A stretch of DNA of 64,000 nt from Planctomycetota bacterium (GCA_965223265.1 OZ244999.1:4160001-4224000), one strand, 5' to 3'. Numbered from the stretch's first letter, positions 19,866-30,284 are shown. Notes: generated by a model from the letters alone, not told the origin. Made by a program: numbers and translations.

Positions 19866-19986
19866 ACGCGCGGCCGATTTATGGAGAGTCCCAACGCGCC
19901 GAAGCGCCTCCGGTCGAGACAGGCGTCCGCTACTCCACATAACTCCGAACTCCCCATGTGATGAGTGATGTGGAGCTCCACATCAC

Positions 19987-20669
19987 CGCACAAGGAGCAG
20001 CTACGGGTGGTAGATTCAGACATCGACGACCTCGAAGTCGTCCGCAGCTACCGCGATGAGCACAATGGAATCACCCATGTGTACTTTCGCCAAACGGTGC
20101 AGGGGATCGAGGTGCTCGACGGCACGGCTGCCGCCCACATCCGAGGCGTCCGCGACGTCGTCGCCATCAGCTCGCACGTTGTCCCGCGCGCTCGGGAGCG
20201 GGTGAACACGTTCGAACCCACGCTGTCGCAGGAGGACGCACTCTGGATCTGTACCGTAGACTGCGATCTTGGAAACGCGCCAGCCAGCCCGAAGGTAACG
20301 GAGGAGGCAGACGATGCCAGCCTCAGAAAAACTTTCGACCTACCTGCGATCGCCCGAGGTCCGGTCCCCGTGCAGCTCAAGTTCGCTCCGCTGGGCGAAG
20401 AGCTCAGGCTGTGCTGGAGCGTGAAGATCTCTCGGCGCGACGGCGCCGATTCCTTCGAGAGGCTTTACGATGCGGTAGACGGCGAGGAGCTCAGTTACAG
20501 GAGTTTCGTCGCGCATGCCACGCCGGAATTCAAGGTGTTTCCGCTGGCGGACTATGGCAATCCGACGATGCCGCCGGTGGAGAGTCCGGCGCATGGGAGT
20601 CAAACGCGCGTAATAGATGGATCCGACCCGACCTTCGTTCTTCCTAGCACTATTCCAACGCCCAGCCCA
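19987..20669 (+). pseudogene. M36 protease segment 2 (FTP/PepSY-like propeptide, start of catalytic domain)
   Basis: DDLEVVRSYRDEHNGITHVYFRQTVQGIEV; LRLCWSV; YDAVDGE; FKVFP...ESPAHG. Confidence 0.85.
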
Positions 20670-22151
20670 CATGCGTGATCGGTTAGCCGTAAGCTCCATC
20701 GTAGTCATCGCTTACGACTCGAGCGATTCGTGCGTATAGAAAAAGAGGCCAAAATCTCGGACACTTCGTGACTCACCAAAGAAACGGAGTGAAGAGATCA
20801 TGGCCACAAGGAAGTGTATCGAACTACGATCCTGTCTCAAGAGCCTCTTTCCCGACAAGTTGATCCGCGATGAGTCTCGAGCGAGTGGTTTTGTGCTCCG
20901 GGAGCGAAAGATCAGGGCGGTTCCGTTCTTTTGGACATTGGTCCTGGGCTTTGGGGTTGGATCGGAGCGGACGATCTCTGCGCTGCGTCGAGCCTACGAA
21001 CGCTCGACGTCGTCGACCGTTGTTCCGTCCTCGTTCTACGATCGTTTCGACGCCAGTCTTGTGCGCTTTCTGAAAGCTGCGGTGAAGCGATCGTTGGCAA
21101 CCTTTCAGGCATCGTGGACTGAAATCGAGGAGCGCGTCGGAAAGTTTACGGACTTGATCATCGTTGACTCCACAGTGATGAAGCTTCACGAAAAGCTCAG
21201 AGGATCGTTCCCAGGGTGCCGAACGAACTCAGCGCCGGCTGCGGCGAAACTTCATGCAGTCCTCAGTGTGCGCGGCAAAGGAGGCTCGACGGTCGCTCTC
21301 ACTTCGGAGCGAAGTGCGGACCTGCGAAAACTTCGCACAGGTCCGTGGGTTCGAGACCGCCTTCTCCTCTTCGATCTCGGCTACTTCAAGTGGCAGCTCT
21401 TCCATCGCATCAGGAAAAACGGTGGCTTCTTCCTGACTCGATTGAAGCAAAACGCCAACCCGACAATTACCAAAATCCATCGCAGTGTTCGCGGCAACTC
21501 GATCCCCCTCGTGGGGGAGAGACTTCAAGACGTCCTACCTCGATTGAAAAGAGAAACTCTCGACGTTGAGATCGAAGCCTCGTTTGCAACCCGCAAGCAC
21601 CGAGGCCGAGCGCGTCGCGCTCACGAGCGTTTTCGACTTGTCGCCATCCGCAACGAAGACGACGGCCAGTATCACCTCTACGTCACCAACGTCGAACACG
21701 ACGATCTCATCGCCGAGGAGATCGCCAACGTCTACCGCTATCGCTGGGAAATCGAACTCATCTTCAAGGAGCTAAAGTCCGGCTACCGAATGGACCAGCT
21801 GACGAGCCGGCGCCCCCACGTGGTGGAAGCGATGATCTACTGTGCAATTCTGACACTTGTCGTCAGCCGAGAGCTTCTACGCCACCTTGCCTCACGAGTC
21901 CGCAGCGGTGCCGAGCGAGTCGCTGCGGGGCGTTGGTGGAAGCTTCTGGCGAACTACGCTCAGGAGCTTCAACTCCTCGTCGTTCGACCACGCCGAGACG
22001 CTCACCTCGCCGCTGGACTCGTCGACACCTTCCTGCACGAAATTGTCGACCCTCATACTGACAGACGCCCACTCTTGAGTCAGGTGTTTCGTTGATGTGG
22101 CGCCGTAAGTTTCATCTCTACAGAGCTTTGCGCGTTATCCGATGCCGCATG
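20670..22151 (+). mobile_element. IS4-family element (ISH8-like), 1482 bp
   Basis: Imperfect TIRs catgcgtgatcggttag / ttatccgatgccgcatg; 10-bp TSD gcccagccca at 20660-20669 and 22152-22161. Confidence 0.92.
20800..22095 (+). CDS. IS4-family DDE transposase
   Basis: IVDST, KLH, LFDLGY, YRYRWEIELIFKELK (YREK signature). Confidence 0.95.
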   Translation: MATRKCIELRSCLKSLFPDKLIRDESRASGFVLRERKIRAVPFFWTLVLGFGVGSERTISALRRAYERSTSSTVVPSSFYDRFDASLVRFLKAAVKRSLATFQASWTEIEERVGKFTDLIIVDSTVMKLHEKLRGSFPGCRTNSAPAAAKLHAVLSVRGKGGSTVALTSERSADLRKLRTGPWVRDRLLLFDLGYFKWQLFHRIRKNGGFFLTRLKQNANPTITKIHRSVRGNSIPLVGERLQDVLPRLKRETLDVEIEASFATRKHRGRARRAHERFRLVAIRNEDDGQYHLYVTNVEHDDLIAEEIANVYRYRWEIELIFKELKSGYRMDQLTSRRPHVVEAMIYCAILTLVVSRELLRHLASRVRSGAERVAAGRWWKLLANYAQELQLLVVRPRRDAHLAAGLVDTFLHEIVDPHTDRRPLLSQVFR

Positions 22152-22161
22152 GCCCAGCCCA

Positions 22162-24337
22162 TGGGTATACGACCTGGGGGGCGAAGCGTGCACGACAGAG
22201 GGCAATAACATCAAGGCCTTCGCTGTTGACAATACTTCAGAGTACCAGCCAACAACGAGCAACTGCCTATTCGTTTTCGAAGAACTCACACTCCAGAATC
22301 TCAGTGACCCAACAGACCCGGATGGTTTTGCTTCTGATCCTTCGCTCTATCTCGACGCCACCATCGCAAATGCCTTTTACAACACCAATGTCCTGCACGA
22401 CATCTTATATCGATACGGGTTCAATGAAGCAGCTGGAAACTGGCAAAACGACAACTTCAGCCGGGGTGGATCTCCGGGAGATCCCTTACACGTACAATAC
22501 ACTCCGGATATCGCATCCAGCAATTTCTTTTCGTCCTCTCAAGATGGTCTAATATCGACCCTCGATCTTGGCATCAATGCAATCATATCAATCGGTCGTT
22601 CAACGATCCCCCTTCCCCCAGATGCAGTCAGCCCCATCGCGGCTACCATAGCCGACTTTAGTCAAGATCAAGACGACAAACTCGATCTTGTGATCGCAAA
22701 TCATCTCTCTGGAAATGTAACTCTCTTTCTCAATGACGGAAACGGGGGGTTCATTCCCGAGCCGAGTTATTCCACCTTCGGAGTGTCTCCAACCGACATT
22801 GTCGCTGGGGTTCTCGACAGTGACGTCTACGTTGATCTCGCGGTAACGCATGCAACCTCCAACTCCGTCACAATTCTCCTAAACGACGGAAACTCCCCGC
22901 CTGGATTCTCCGCGACGGTCTATGTCCTTCCGGGATCTGACTATCCTGTTTCACTCGCTACGATTGACCTGGATGGAGACAGCGACCTTGATTTGATCGT
23001 CGCAAACCGCGATTCTCAAAACGTGACGCTACTGGAAAATGTCGGGTCGTCGTTTTCGATCCATGCGCCCATAGATATACCGGGGAGCCCAACGAGCGTT
23101 TGCGCAGCAGACGTTGACGGAGATGCGGACAACGACGGCATTTTGGCAATCCAAGACGTCGTCGGAAGCAGCGTCTGCGGCGCGACGCCGGCAGACGCTG
23201 TCGTTGTACTCGAGAATTCTGGGGGTTGGATTTTTTCTGTGGGAAGTGTAACGTGCATCGAGCCCGATAGAGACCCCAGTTCAGTAAGTGTCGCTAATTT
23301 TGACGGATACGAAGACGGAGACGAAGACGTCGACATAGTTGTCGCGCAAAGCGGAACTGAATTCGTCGACATATTCGACAACGACGGGGACGGCCAATTT
23401 TCTCTTCTCAGCTCAGTCTTCCTAGGGGGAACGGCGGTTGCAGCCACTTCGGTCGCCCACACGCCGACCGGAGCCCATGAGGAACTTAATCTAAGCTCTG
23501 AGACTAGACCCACCGACGAGCTGCCGGATGTGAGCGCTGTTTCATCAGCCCCAGGAACGTTGGCCAGCCGTATTAACCGAAGCACTAGTAAGAAGCGCGG
23601 ATTATTTGCTAGAGTTACTCAAGAAAGCCTTAACGCCCAAAGTGATTTTGAGTTGACAGATCTGGGAACAATTCACGACGTAGTTGCGGGGAACCTGGCG
23701 GGGGGAGCAGACCCCGATGTTGTCGTTATTTCGCAGCAAGGGTGCGAAGTTTTTACAAATGACGGTATTGGTTCGTTTACTGCTCCCGGGATTCATTCCT
23801 TCAGAAGCGGAGCTTTGGATCTCTCAGTCATTGCACATGAGCTCAGCCACGGCGTAGTTTCCCGCCTGACCGGAGGAATATTCAGGCCCGGAGGCGGAGC
23901 TTCTCAAGCGTCTGGCCTAGTCGAAGGCTGGGCAGACGCCATGAGCCTCCAATTGACGGGGCCACGCGACGGCGACAGCCCTCGAGGTATGTTCACGTTT
24001 TGGAGCGGCCATTTGCCTTCGGGATCCGGAGTTCGCATCCTCCCGTACAGCAACGATCAATCTGTAAACCTGTGGACGTTCGGAGATCATGAACTCCTAA
24101 TTAGCGAGGACCACGCTGGGCCGTTCGGCACTGGGCATGCAGCTGGAGAGATCTGGGCAGTCACGCTTTGGGATCTCTACTGGCTTCTCATCGGTCTCTA
24201 CGGCCAGAGCGGCGATCTATACGCGGCGTTTGGCTCAACGCTCGGCGGAGAAAACGTGTCACTTAAGCTGGCCATCGACGCACTAAAGTTTGCGCCCGGA
24301 AACCCCGCTACTTATGTGACACATCGGAATGCCTACC
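22162..24337 (+). pseudogene. M36 protease segment 3 (catalytic domain with inserted FG-GAP/VCBS repeats)
   Basis: Open from 22162: TTEGNN, NAFYNTNVLHDILYRYGFNEAAGNWQNDNF; DLDGDSDLDLIVAN-type repeats; IAHELSHG (HExxH), EGWAD, HAAGEIW. Confidence 0.9.
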
Positions 24338-24578
24338 TGCTGAGTCCCACAAACTCTGGCTCGTGAGCAGCGACGAGTCTCAGATTCACTGACCCGGAAA
24401 CGCCCCGGCATACCCCGCCGAACCGACCGTCCGATCATACCCCGCCTACCCCGCGCCCCCCGTTCGACGCTGCGCCCTGGACCTTCGCTCGACTCCTCGC
24501 CTCACCTCGAGTAAAGAGGGGAGCGGAGAGACCGGTGTTGGTGCACTTCTCTCCGCAAGTCCCCGTACGGAGAGAGCG

Positions 24579-25247
24579 ATGCTACCCCATTTGGTCAACG
24601 CGATACAGAGCTATGGCGAAGCTGTTCGCCGCCGTGAGATCCAGCCGACCTGTAACCGCTGCCCGAATTGCAGCGGGGAGCCAGATCGGTTCCGCTACCG
24701 CGGTCACCGAGAGCGCGTGTTCCTCGTTATCGTCAGGCGTCTGGTCGAACCTGTCCTGTCGCTTCTGAGTCGCTGGAAGTGTCCTCTGTGTAAGCGCTCC
24801 TTCACGCTCTACCCGCCCTTCGCGCTGCCGGGGAAACGCTACGTTCGCGACTGCGTTTTCGATCACGCTCGGCGCTACCTCCAGATCGACGAGCTTTCGT
24901 ATCGCGAAGCCGTCAAGGTCGAACACATGCCCGTCTTCCACGAGGGTGACGACAGGGGAGCGATCGACGAGCGCAGCCTCGCGCACTCAACACTTCATCG
25001 TTGGCTTTCGTTCTTTCGCTCTCTCAACGCCACGCTCCTGGAGGCTCTCCGCCTCATCCGAGAGCGCTCGGCGAGGTCCGACATCTTCCGCAAGGTCTTC
25101 GCCGTCCGTCCAGCCAAGTACCGAAGCGAATCACGGCGGGACACTCTCGTCGCGGCACTTCGAGCTCTCTCGATCGACCAGGTGTTCCGTTCCCTCTTCG
25201 GCCGATCGATCTTCCCCGACTTGGCAACCTCCGCAGCCTGGGCGTGA
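24579..25247 (+). CDS. Transposon ORF1: zinc-ribbon/HTH protein (DUF6431-like)
   Basis: CPNC...RWKCPLCKRSFTLYPPFALPGKRY; LAHSTLHRWL. Confidence 0.65.
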   Translation: MLPHLVNAIQSYGEAVRRREIQPTCNRCPNCSGEPDRFRYRGHRERVFLVIVRRLVEPVLSLLSRWKCPLCKRSFTLYPPFALPGKRYVRDCVFDHARRYLQIDELSYREAVKVEHMPVFHEGDDRGAIDERSLAHSTLHRWLSFFRSLNATLLEALRLIRERSARSDIFRKVFAVRPAKYRSESRRDTLVAALRALSIDQVFRSLFGRSIFPDLATSAAWA

Positions 25248-25287
25248 GCGAGAATCACGCCTCGCTCGCCCCATGCGAGGTGTGATC

Positions 25288-26850
25288 ATGAAAGCGAAAG
25301 ATCTCGATTGGGCTATCTTCTGGGCGGCTCTTCTCCAGCCCGTCGTCATCGGCGAGGTGCCGGAGGAGGAAGCCGCGCGATTTCTCCGCGAGCTCGCCAA
25401 AGAAGAGCGCATCTTTCCCGACGGATCGCGACGCAAGCCGGCTCTTTCGACCCTGAGGCGGAAGCTTCGCATCTATCGCGAGGAGGGCTTCGAGGGTCTT
25501 GCCCGCAGGCCGCGAAGCGATCGCGGGAAACCGCGTGCCCACGGCAAAGAGCTCGTCGAGAAAGCCGTCGAGCTGAAGCGTGATCAGCCACTGCGCTCCC
25601 ACTTCGCCATCAACAAGTTCCTCCAGGCTCAGCACGGAAAGACCATTCCGCGTTCGACCCTCTTCCGCTACCTCAAGATCGCCGGCGCGACGCGGCTGAA
25701 GCTCGGTGTCGAGAGGAGGAAAGTCCGGAAACGCTGGACTCGTGACTCCACCCATGCCCTCTGGGTCGGCGACTTCGCCGATGGACCCTACGTGCTGCAC
25801 GACGGCGAAGTCGTCCCCACCTTCCTCTGTGTTCTCATCGACTGCTACAGCCGCTCGCTCGTCGAGGGGCGCTACTACCTTCGGCAAAATCTCGAGGTCT
25901 TGATCGACTGCTTGCTGCGGGCGTGGGCCAAGCACGGTGCTTCGGACGAGCTCTATGTCGATCAGGCGAAGGTCTATATCTCCAAAGCGCTCAAGGCGGC
26001 ATGCCTTGCCGTTGTCACCCGGCTCATCCATCGCGGCAAGGGCGATCCGCCACCGGGTGGTCTCGTCGAACGACTCATCGAGACGATACAGGGCCAGTTC
26101 GAGGCCGAGGTCAGAGCCGGCGAGATCCTCACTCTCGACTCGCTCAACGGAAGCTTCGATTCCTGGAAGACCGTGGCCTACCACCGCCAGGTCAACACCG
26201 AGACCGGCGAAACACCCGAGGCACGAGCCGAGGCCGGCCTCAAACGGCCTATCCGACACGTCGACATTCAGCGCGTCACCGAGTTCTTCATGTGCCGCGA
26301 GACGCGGCGCGTTCACCCGGACTTCTCCGACGTCCAGCTCGATCGCCGCTTCTATCGCGTCGACAAGAGTCTGCGCGGTGACAAGGTCGAAGTCCGCTAC
26401 GATCCCTTCTCCGCGCCCGACACGGTTCTCATCTACTCCAGCAACGAAGAGTACCTCGGAAAGGGCGTCCTTCACGAGCGCGAAGAGGGCGAGGACGCCG
26501 GTGCTCCCGCCCCTCCCGCCAAAGCGAAGCACAACTATCTGGAGCTTCTTCGCCGTGAGCACGACGAGGAGCTCAAGAAGCGCGCCCAGGGGATCGACTA
26601 CCGTCGTGTCATCGCCTCTCGCCAGTGGCCCTTCACCGACTTCGCATGCCTTCTCGGCCGGCTCATGGGGCGCAAGGGCGCCCTCTCGAGCTTCACCGCC
26701 GAGGAGCTCGAGGAACTCAAGAAGTTCTACAACCGTACTCCCAGCCTCACCGAAGTCCTCTTGCTGAGGGCCTTCGAGAAGGCTCCGGAGAAATCCATTC
26801 CCTACATCGCCTACGAGCTTCAACGACTCGCAGGCAGAAAGGAGGACTGA
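25288..26850 (+). CDS. Transposon ORF2: DDE transposase (HTH, rve core, Mu-like C-terminus)
   Basis: RPRSDRGKPR, LWVGDFADG, IDCYSR, LYVDQAKVY, GLVERLIETIQ, VEVRYDP. Confidence 0.9.
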   Translation: MKAKDLDWAIFWAALLQPVVIGEVPEEEAARFLRELAKEERIFPDGSRRKPALSTLRRKLRIYREEGFEGLARRPRSDRGKPRAHGKELVEKAVELKRDQPLRSHFAINKFLQAQHGKTIPRSTLFRYLKIAGATRLKLGVERRKVRKRWTRDSTHALWVGDFADGPYVLHDGEVVPTFLCVLIDCYSRSLVEGRYYLRQNLEVLIDCLLRAWAKHGASDELYVDQAKVYISKALKAACLAVVTRLIHRGKGDPPPGGLVERLIETIQGQFEAEVRAGEILTLDSLNGSFDSWKTVAYHRQVNTETGETPEARAEAGLKRPIRHVDIQRVTEFFMCRETRRVHPDFSDVQLDRRFYRVDKSLRGDKVEVRYDPFSAPDTVLIYSSNEEYLGKGVLHEREEGEDAGAPAPPAKAKHNYLELLRREHDEELKKRAQGIDYRRVIASRQWPFTDFACLLGRLMGRKGALSSFTAEELEELKKFYNRTPSLTEVLLLRAFEKAPEKSIPYIAYELQRLAGRKED

Positions 26851-27641
26851 TGTTCACCACCCATTTCAAGATGACGACGCAGCCCTTTCTCGAGCGCGCG
26901 CCCGTCGAGCAGATTCTTTCCGACGAGCGCATCACCCAGGGACTCGCTCGACTGGAGTACCTCGCCAAGTCGGGCTCGATCGGCCTGGTGACCGGACTCA
27001 CCGGGGTGGGGAAGTCGTCTCTGGTGAAGCTCTTCGTGCGCTCGCTGAGCCGCAACCTCTACGACCCGATCTATCTCTCGCTGACCTACGTCGGGGCAAA
27101 CGGCATTCTGAAGCTCCTGGTTTCCAGCCTCGGCGAGCAGCCCCGCCGTGGCAAGGAGCGGCTCTTCCTCCAGATCCTGGATCGCGTCGGGGCGAACGAG
27201 CACACGACAATCCTCGTCATCGATGAAGCGCACCTGCTTCCTTCGGAGTCGCTCACCGATCTGAGACTTCTGGTCAGCTCCGGACTCGAGGACGGCCCGC
27301 CATTGAAGATCCTCCTCAGCGGACAAGAGACCCTGAGAAAGGAGCTTACCCGAGCGCGCCACGCCGATCTCACGCATCGGCTCAGCGTGCGCTACCACGT
27401 GCCGCCGCTCAGCAAGGAGCAGACGGTCGAGTACATCGACTTTCAGATGCGCGCAGCCGGCGCCTCGCAGAAAGTCTTCGAGCCTGAAGCGAAGTCGCTC
27501 ATCCACGACTACTCAAGCGGCGTGCCGCGGCGCATCAACAACATCGCCACCGCCTGCCTCATTCAGGCCGCGAGCAAGAACGTCCAGAAGATCTCCGAGG
27601 CGCTCGTCAACGACACCGCCCCCGAGTTCCATCTGCCCTGA
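26850..27641 (+). CDS. Transposon ORF3: ExeA/MuB/TnsC-like AAA+ ATPase
   Basis: Walker A GLTGVGKS, Walker B ILVIDEAH, SGVPRRINN; TGATG coupling to the transposase. Confidence 0.9.
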   Translation: MFTTHFKMTTQPFLERAPVEQILSDERITQGLARLEYLAKSGSIGLVTGLTGVGKSSLVKLFVRSLSRNLYDPIYLSLTYVGANGILKLLVSSLGEQPRRGKERLFLQILDRVGANEHTTILVIDEAHLLPSESLTDLRLLVSSGLEDGPPLKILLSGQETLRKELTRARHADLTHRLSVRYHVPPLSKEQTVEYIDFQMRAAGASQKVFEPEAKSLIHDYSSGVPRRINNIATACLIQAASKNVQKISEALVNDTAPEFHLP

Positions 27642-27660
27642 GAACGGAGACTGACGCGCC

Positions 27661-27954
27661 ATGTTCCACAAGACCCTGATGCCTCGAGTCAACGACTTCG
27701 CCGAGTATCCTGAGCTCGCCGTTTTGATGACCCTCGCGACGAACCTCGAGATCGCCCTGTTCGCTCTGAACGCCGCGTACCCCGATCTCGACTTCGACTA
27801 CACGCAACGCTCCTCCTACACCGAGCAAGACGCCTATCTCGCCGCCTTGGGCGCTCAGCTGCGAGCGCTCCAGATCGTCCTCGAAGAGTATCTCGAGAGC
27901 CTGCAACGAATCCGATATTTGAAGGCGCCGAGCGGTGGAGGTGGCGTCGCATGA
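27661..27954 (+). CDS. Transposon ORF4: small helical protein of unknown function
   Basis: 97-aa ORF co-oriented inside the element; ATGA overlap with ORF5. Confidence 0.6.
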   Translation: MFHKTLMPRVNDFAEYPELAVLMTLATNLEIALFALNAAYPDLDFDYTQRSSYTEQDAYLAALGAQLRALQIVLEEYLESLQRIRYLKAPSGGGGVA

Positions 27955-28268
27955 CAGGACGATTCTCCGGCAAGCTCCTGCGGTCGTTGAGAAACGATAT
28001 ACCGATCGCGTGGCTCCTCGATCTGCTCGGCGTCCCCGCGAAAATCTCCGAGGGCTACGTGCGCTTCCTCTGTCCGCGGTGTCGCGAATTCAACACCGCG
28101 ACGAAGGCGTCCACCAACCTCGCGCGTTGCTTTCGCTGCGAGACGAACTTCAACCCGATCGACCTGGTCATGATCGTCAAGCGGCTGAATTTCGTCGACG
28201 CCGTCGAGTTCCTCGCCGAGCTCCGCGATCGTCGCGGTGACGCTCGCGCCACGCCTCGCCCTTCGTGA
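27951..28268 (+). CDS. Transposon ORF5: stand-alone DnaG-type (CHC2-like) zinc-finger protein
   Basis: FLCPRC...ARCFRCETNFNPIDLVMIVKRLNFVDAVEFL resembles the primase Zn-binding domain. Confidence 0.7.
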   Translation: MTGRFSGKLLRSLRNDIPIAWLLDLLGVPAKISEGYVRFLCPRCREFNTATKASTNLARCFRCETNFNPIDLVMIVKRLNFVDAVEFLAELRDRRGDARATPRPS

Positions 28269-28273
28269 TTCCC

Positions 28274-28306
28274 CGGGTCGTCGTGCCGTCCGGGACACGA
28301 CGACCC
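28274..28306 (+). terminator. GC-rich hairpin after the transposon operon
   Basis: gggtcgtcgtg-N10-cacgacgaccc 11-bp stem; no U-tract. Confidence 0.35.
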
Positions 28307-28408
28307 GCGCCTTCTCGCCTCGCAAATCGCATCTCGCACCCGCGAATCAGCACCATGCCATTTAATCTGGGATTTCCGCGCCAGATACTGTGGGACTTAG
28401 CACCTACC

Positions 28409-29949
28409 TGATCGCAGACAGCCTGACTTTTTCGGGATCGCATCTCACCCTCATCTGGGAAGCATTCGCCGGTCGAGGCCTTGGACACGGAGCATGTGAC
28501 AACTGGGACGTCAATTCGAGTCAATGCAACCCACATGATCCTGCTGGTCAAGTCCTGGAGGACTTTTCCCTCCCCCCTCCTGGAACCATCCGCGGAAAAG
28601 TATGGGAGGCAGAGGACTGCGACCTGAACCCACTCGGCACTCTTTCGGGTTGGGTTGTGTACCTCGACCTCAACAAGAATAATTCTCTAGATCCTGGAGA
28701 ACCGACGGATTCCACAGATGCATCTGGGCAGTATGAGTTTTCCGGCCTAGGCCTTGATTCTTATTGGGTCGGACTTGAGATGCAAACAGGCTGGAATTTG
28801 GTGGCCCCAATCCCCGAATTTGGGCCGCCAACTCGGATATGGAGAGACCCAGATCCGAGCATTTTCTACACCGACGTCTGGGCTGTTGGGGATATAGCTC
28901 TCGTTGGTCACAGCGAAAACAAAGGCGTAAGCATAATAGATCTAACGAAAATCTATCAAGGACACATCGATCATGCGCTGATCACTCGATGGGCAGACGT
29001 AGACTCCTCCGGACAAAACACCAACACAAATACGATAAAGGACGTAAAAGCAGAAGGCAACATCGCTTTCTTTGCCAGCGACAACGGTGGCGGCGTCTAC
29101 ATCATAGACATCTCCAACCCCATGAACCCCAAAAAAATCTCGCAGGTGACATCACAAAATGGGGCTTTCGACAAGGTGCACAACGTCTCAATCGACGATA
29201 GTTTTCTTTATCTAGCTAGCGATTTGACAAGTACCGTTCCGATCTTTGACATCAGGGATCCGAACATTCCAGTCTTACTCCATACGATTGACACAAATGG
29301 AGGAGTGGTCCACGACATTACTGCCCTGGACGATCGACTTTATGTTTGTGATCGAGAGACCCCTGGAAATCCAGGAGTATCTGGAAAAATCCACATATAC
29401 GATATTGCACGGAATGCGGTTGGAGACTTTGTGTCCGCCACGTTCGTGACTTCATTCACCGCCGGAGACCAAACTCATTCTTGCTGGCCGACAAAGAACG
29501 GAGATTATCTCGTCGTCTGTAAAGAGGACCTAACTAATTCGGTCGAGGGGAACAAGGTCGATATTTGGAGAATTGATATCTCTCCTCCACAGAAGAAAGC
29601 GACAATTACTCGACACCCGAACTCAGCCACCACCGCGCACAATCCGGTAGTCGAGGATGATACCCTGTATATTTCTTGGTACGAAGCCGGATATTTTAGC
29701 TATGACATCTCGAATCCGGAGGCGCCGAGATTTCTCGGTTTAGTGGATACGTTCCCACAGGGAGCTACGGCACAGACCGGTGTTGGTTGCTGGGGAGTCT
29801 ACCCTTTCATTGATCAGGGCTGGACCATCGCGACAGATACAGTTTTCGGACTTCATGCAAATCGTAGTGATACTCGGCATTTTGTCCCGAACACACAGGG
29901 AGGTCTCCATGAAAACCATGATTTTTATGTTTCTCAAGATTGTCCGTAG
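28409..29949 (+). pseudogene. M36 protease segment 4 (end of M36, SdrD-B-like domain, LVIVD/choice-of-anchor-B-like propeller)
   Basis: IADS...IWEAFAGRGLG; GWVVYLDLNKNNSLDPGEP...TDASGQYEFSGL; YIIDISNP, IFDIRDP, AHNPVVE...ISWYEAG, CWGVYPF. Confidence 0.88.
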
Positions 29950-30284
29950 TACAGACTATCTATTGCATGAAAGTAGGAAACCTTCGAAGACTACATGATG
30001 TATCATCCTCCAAAACAGGTCTCTAAAATCACAACGAGCCACAATCGCTTGACAGCCTATAGACGCCCATCCTGCCCACATCTTGGTTGCGCCCGAGGGC
30101 CTGTCAGACTCGTCTGCTATTGAATTTGCTCAGAAGACTCGGTCTTTGCAGCAAGGCACCGTCGAGCGCACGGTCTTGGAGATTCGCCCACACGGAATTG
30201 AACCCGTAATCCTCACACACAGTAGTCGCTACGACGATCGAATCGATGTTGACGTGTCTCGAGTAAGAAAACCCGGAGTTGATC

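Larger units (their letters stand above)
16473..19986 (+). mobile_element. RIT (recombinase-in-trio) element
   Basis: Three overlapping tyrosine recombinases; perfect 35-bp IR 16473-16507 / 19926-19960; 22-bp palindrome 19965-19986. Confidence 0.92.
24338..28402 (+). mobile_element. Five-gene DDE+AAA transposon (Mu/IS21/Tn7-like architecture), 4065 bp
   Basis: TG...CA ends; IR tgctgagtcccacaaactctggc vs tgctaagtcccacagtatctggc; 6-bp TSD cctacc at 24332-24337 and 28403-28408. Confidence 0.92.

Noticed and set aside
25255-26823. Long antisense ORFs (522 aa here; also 56141-57415, 54883-55887, 8665-9627)
   Set aside because: Shadow frames opposite well-supported genes, expected at high GC.
16469-28402. 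Self-splicing introns or inteins explaining the split protease
   Set aside because: Inserts have DNA-element hallmarks (TIRs, TSDs, DDE or tyrosine recombinases); no reverse transcriptase, ribozyme core or intein motif recognised.
16258-29949. ORF-track entries 16258, 19965, 22690 and 28390 as four independent genes
   Set aside because: Each has a start or stop inside an element end, or an internal start codon, and together they form one M36 gene.
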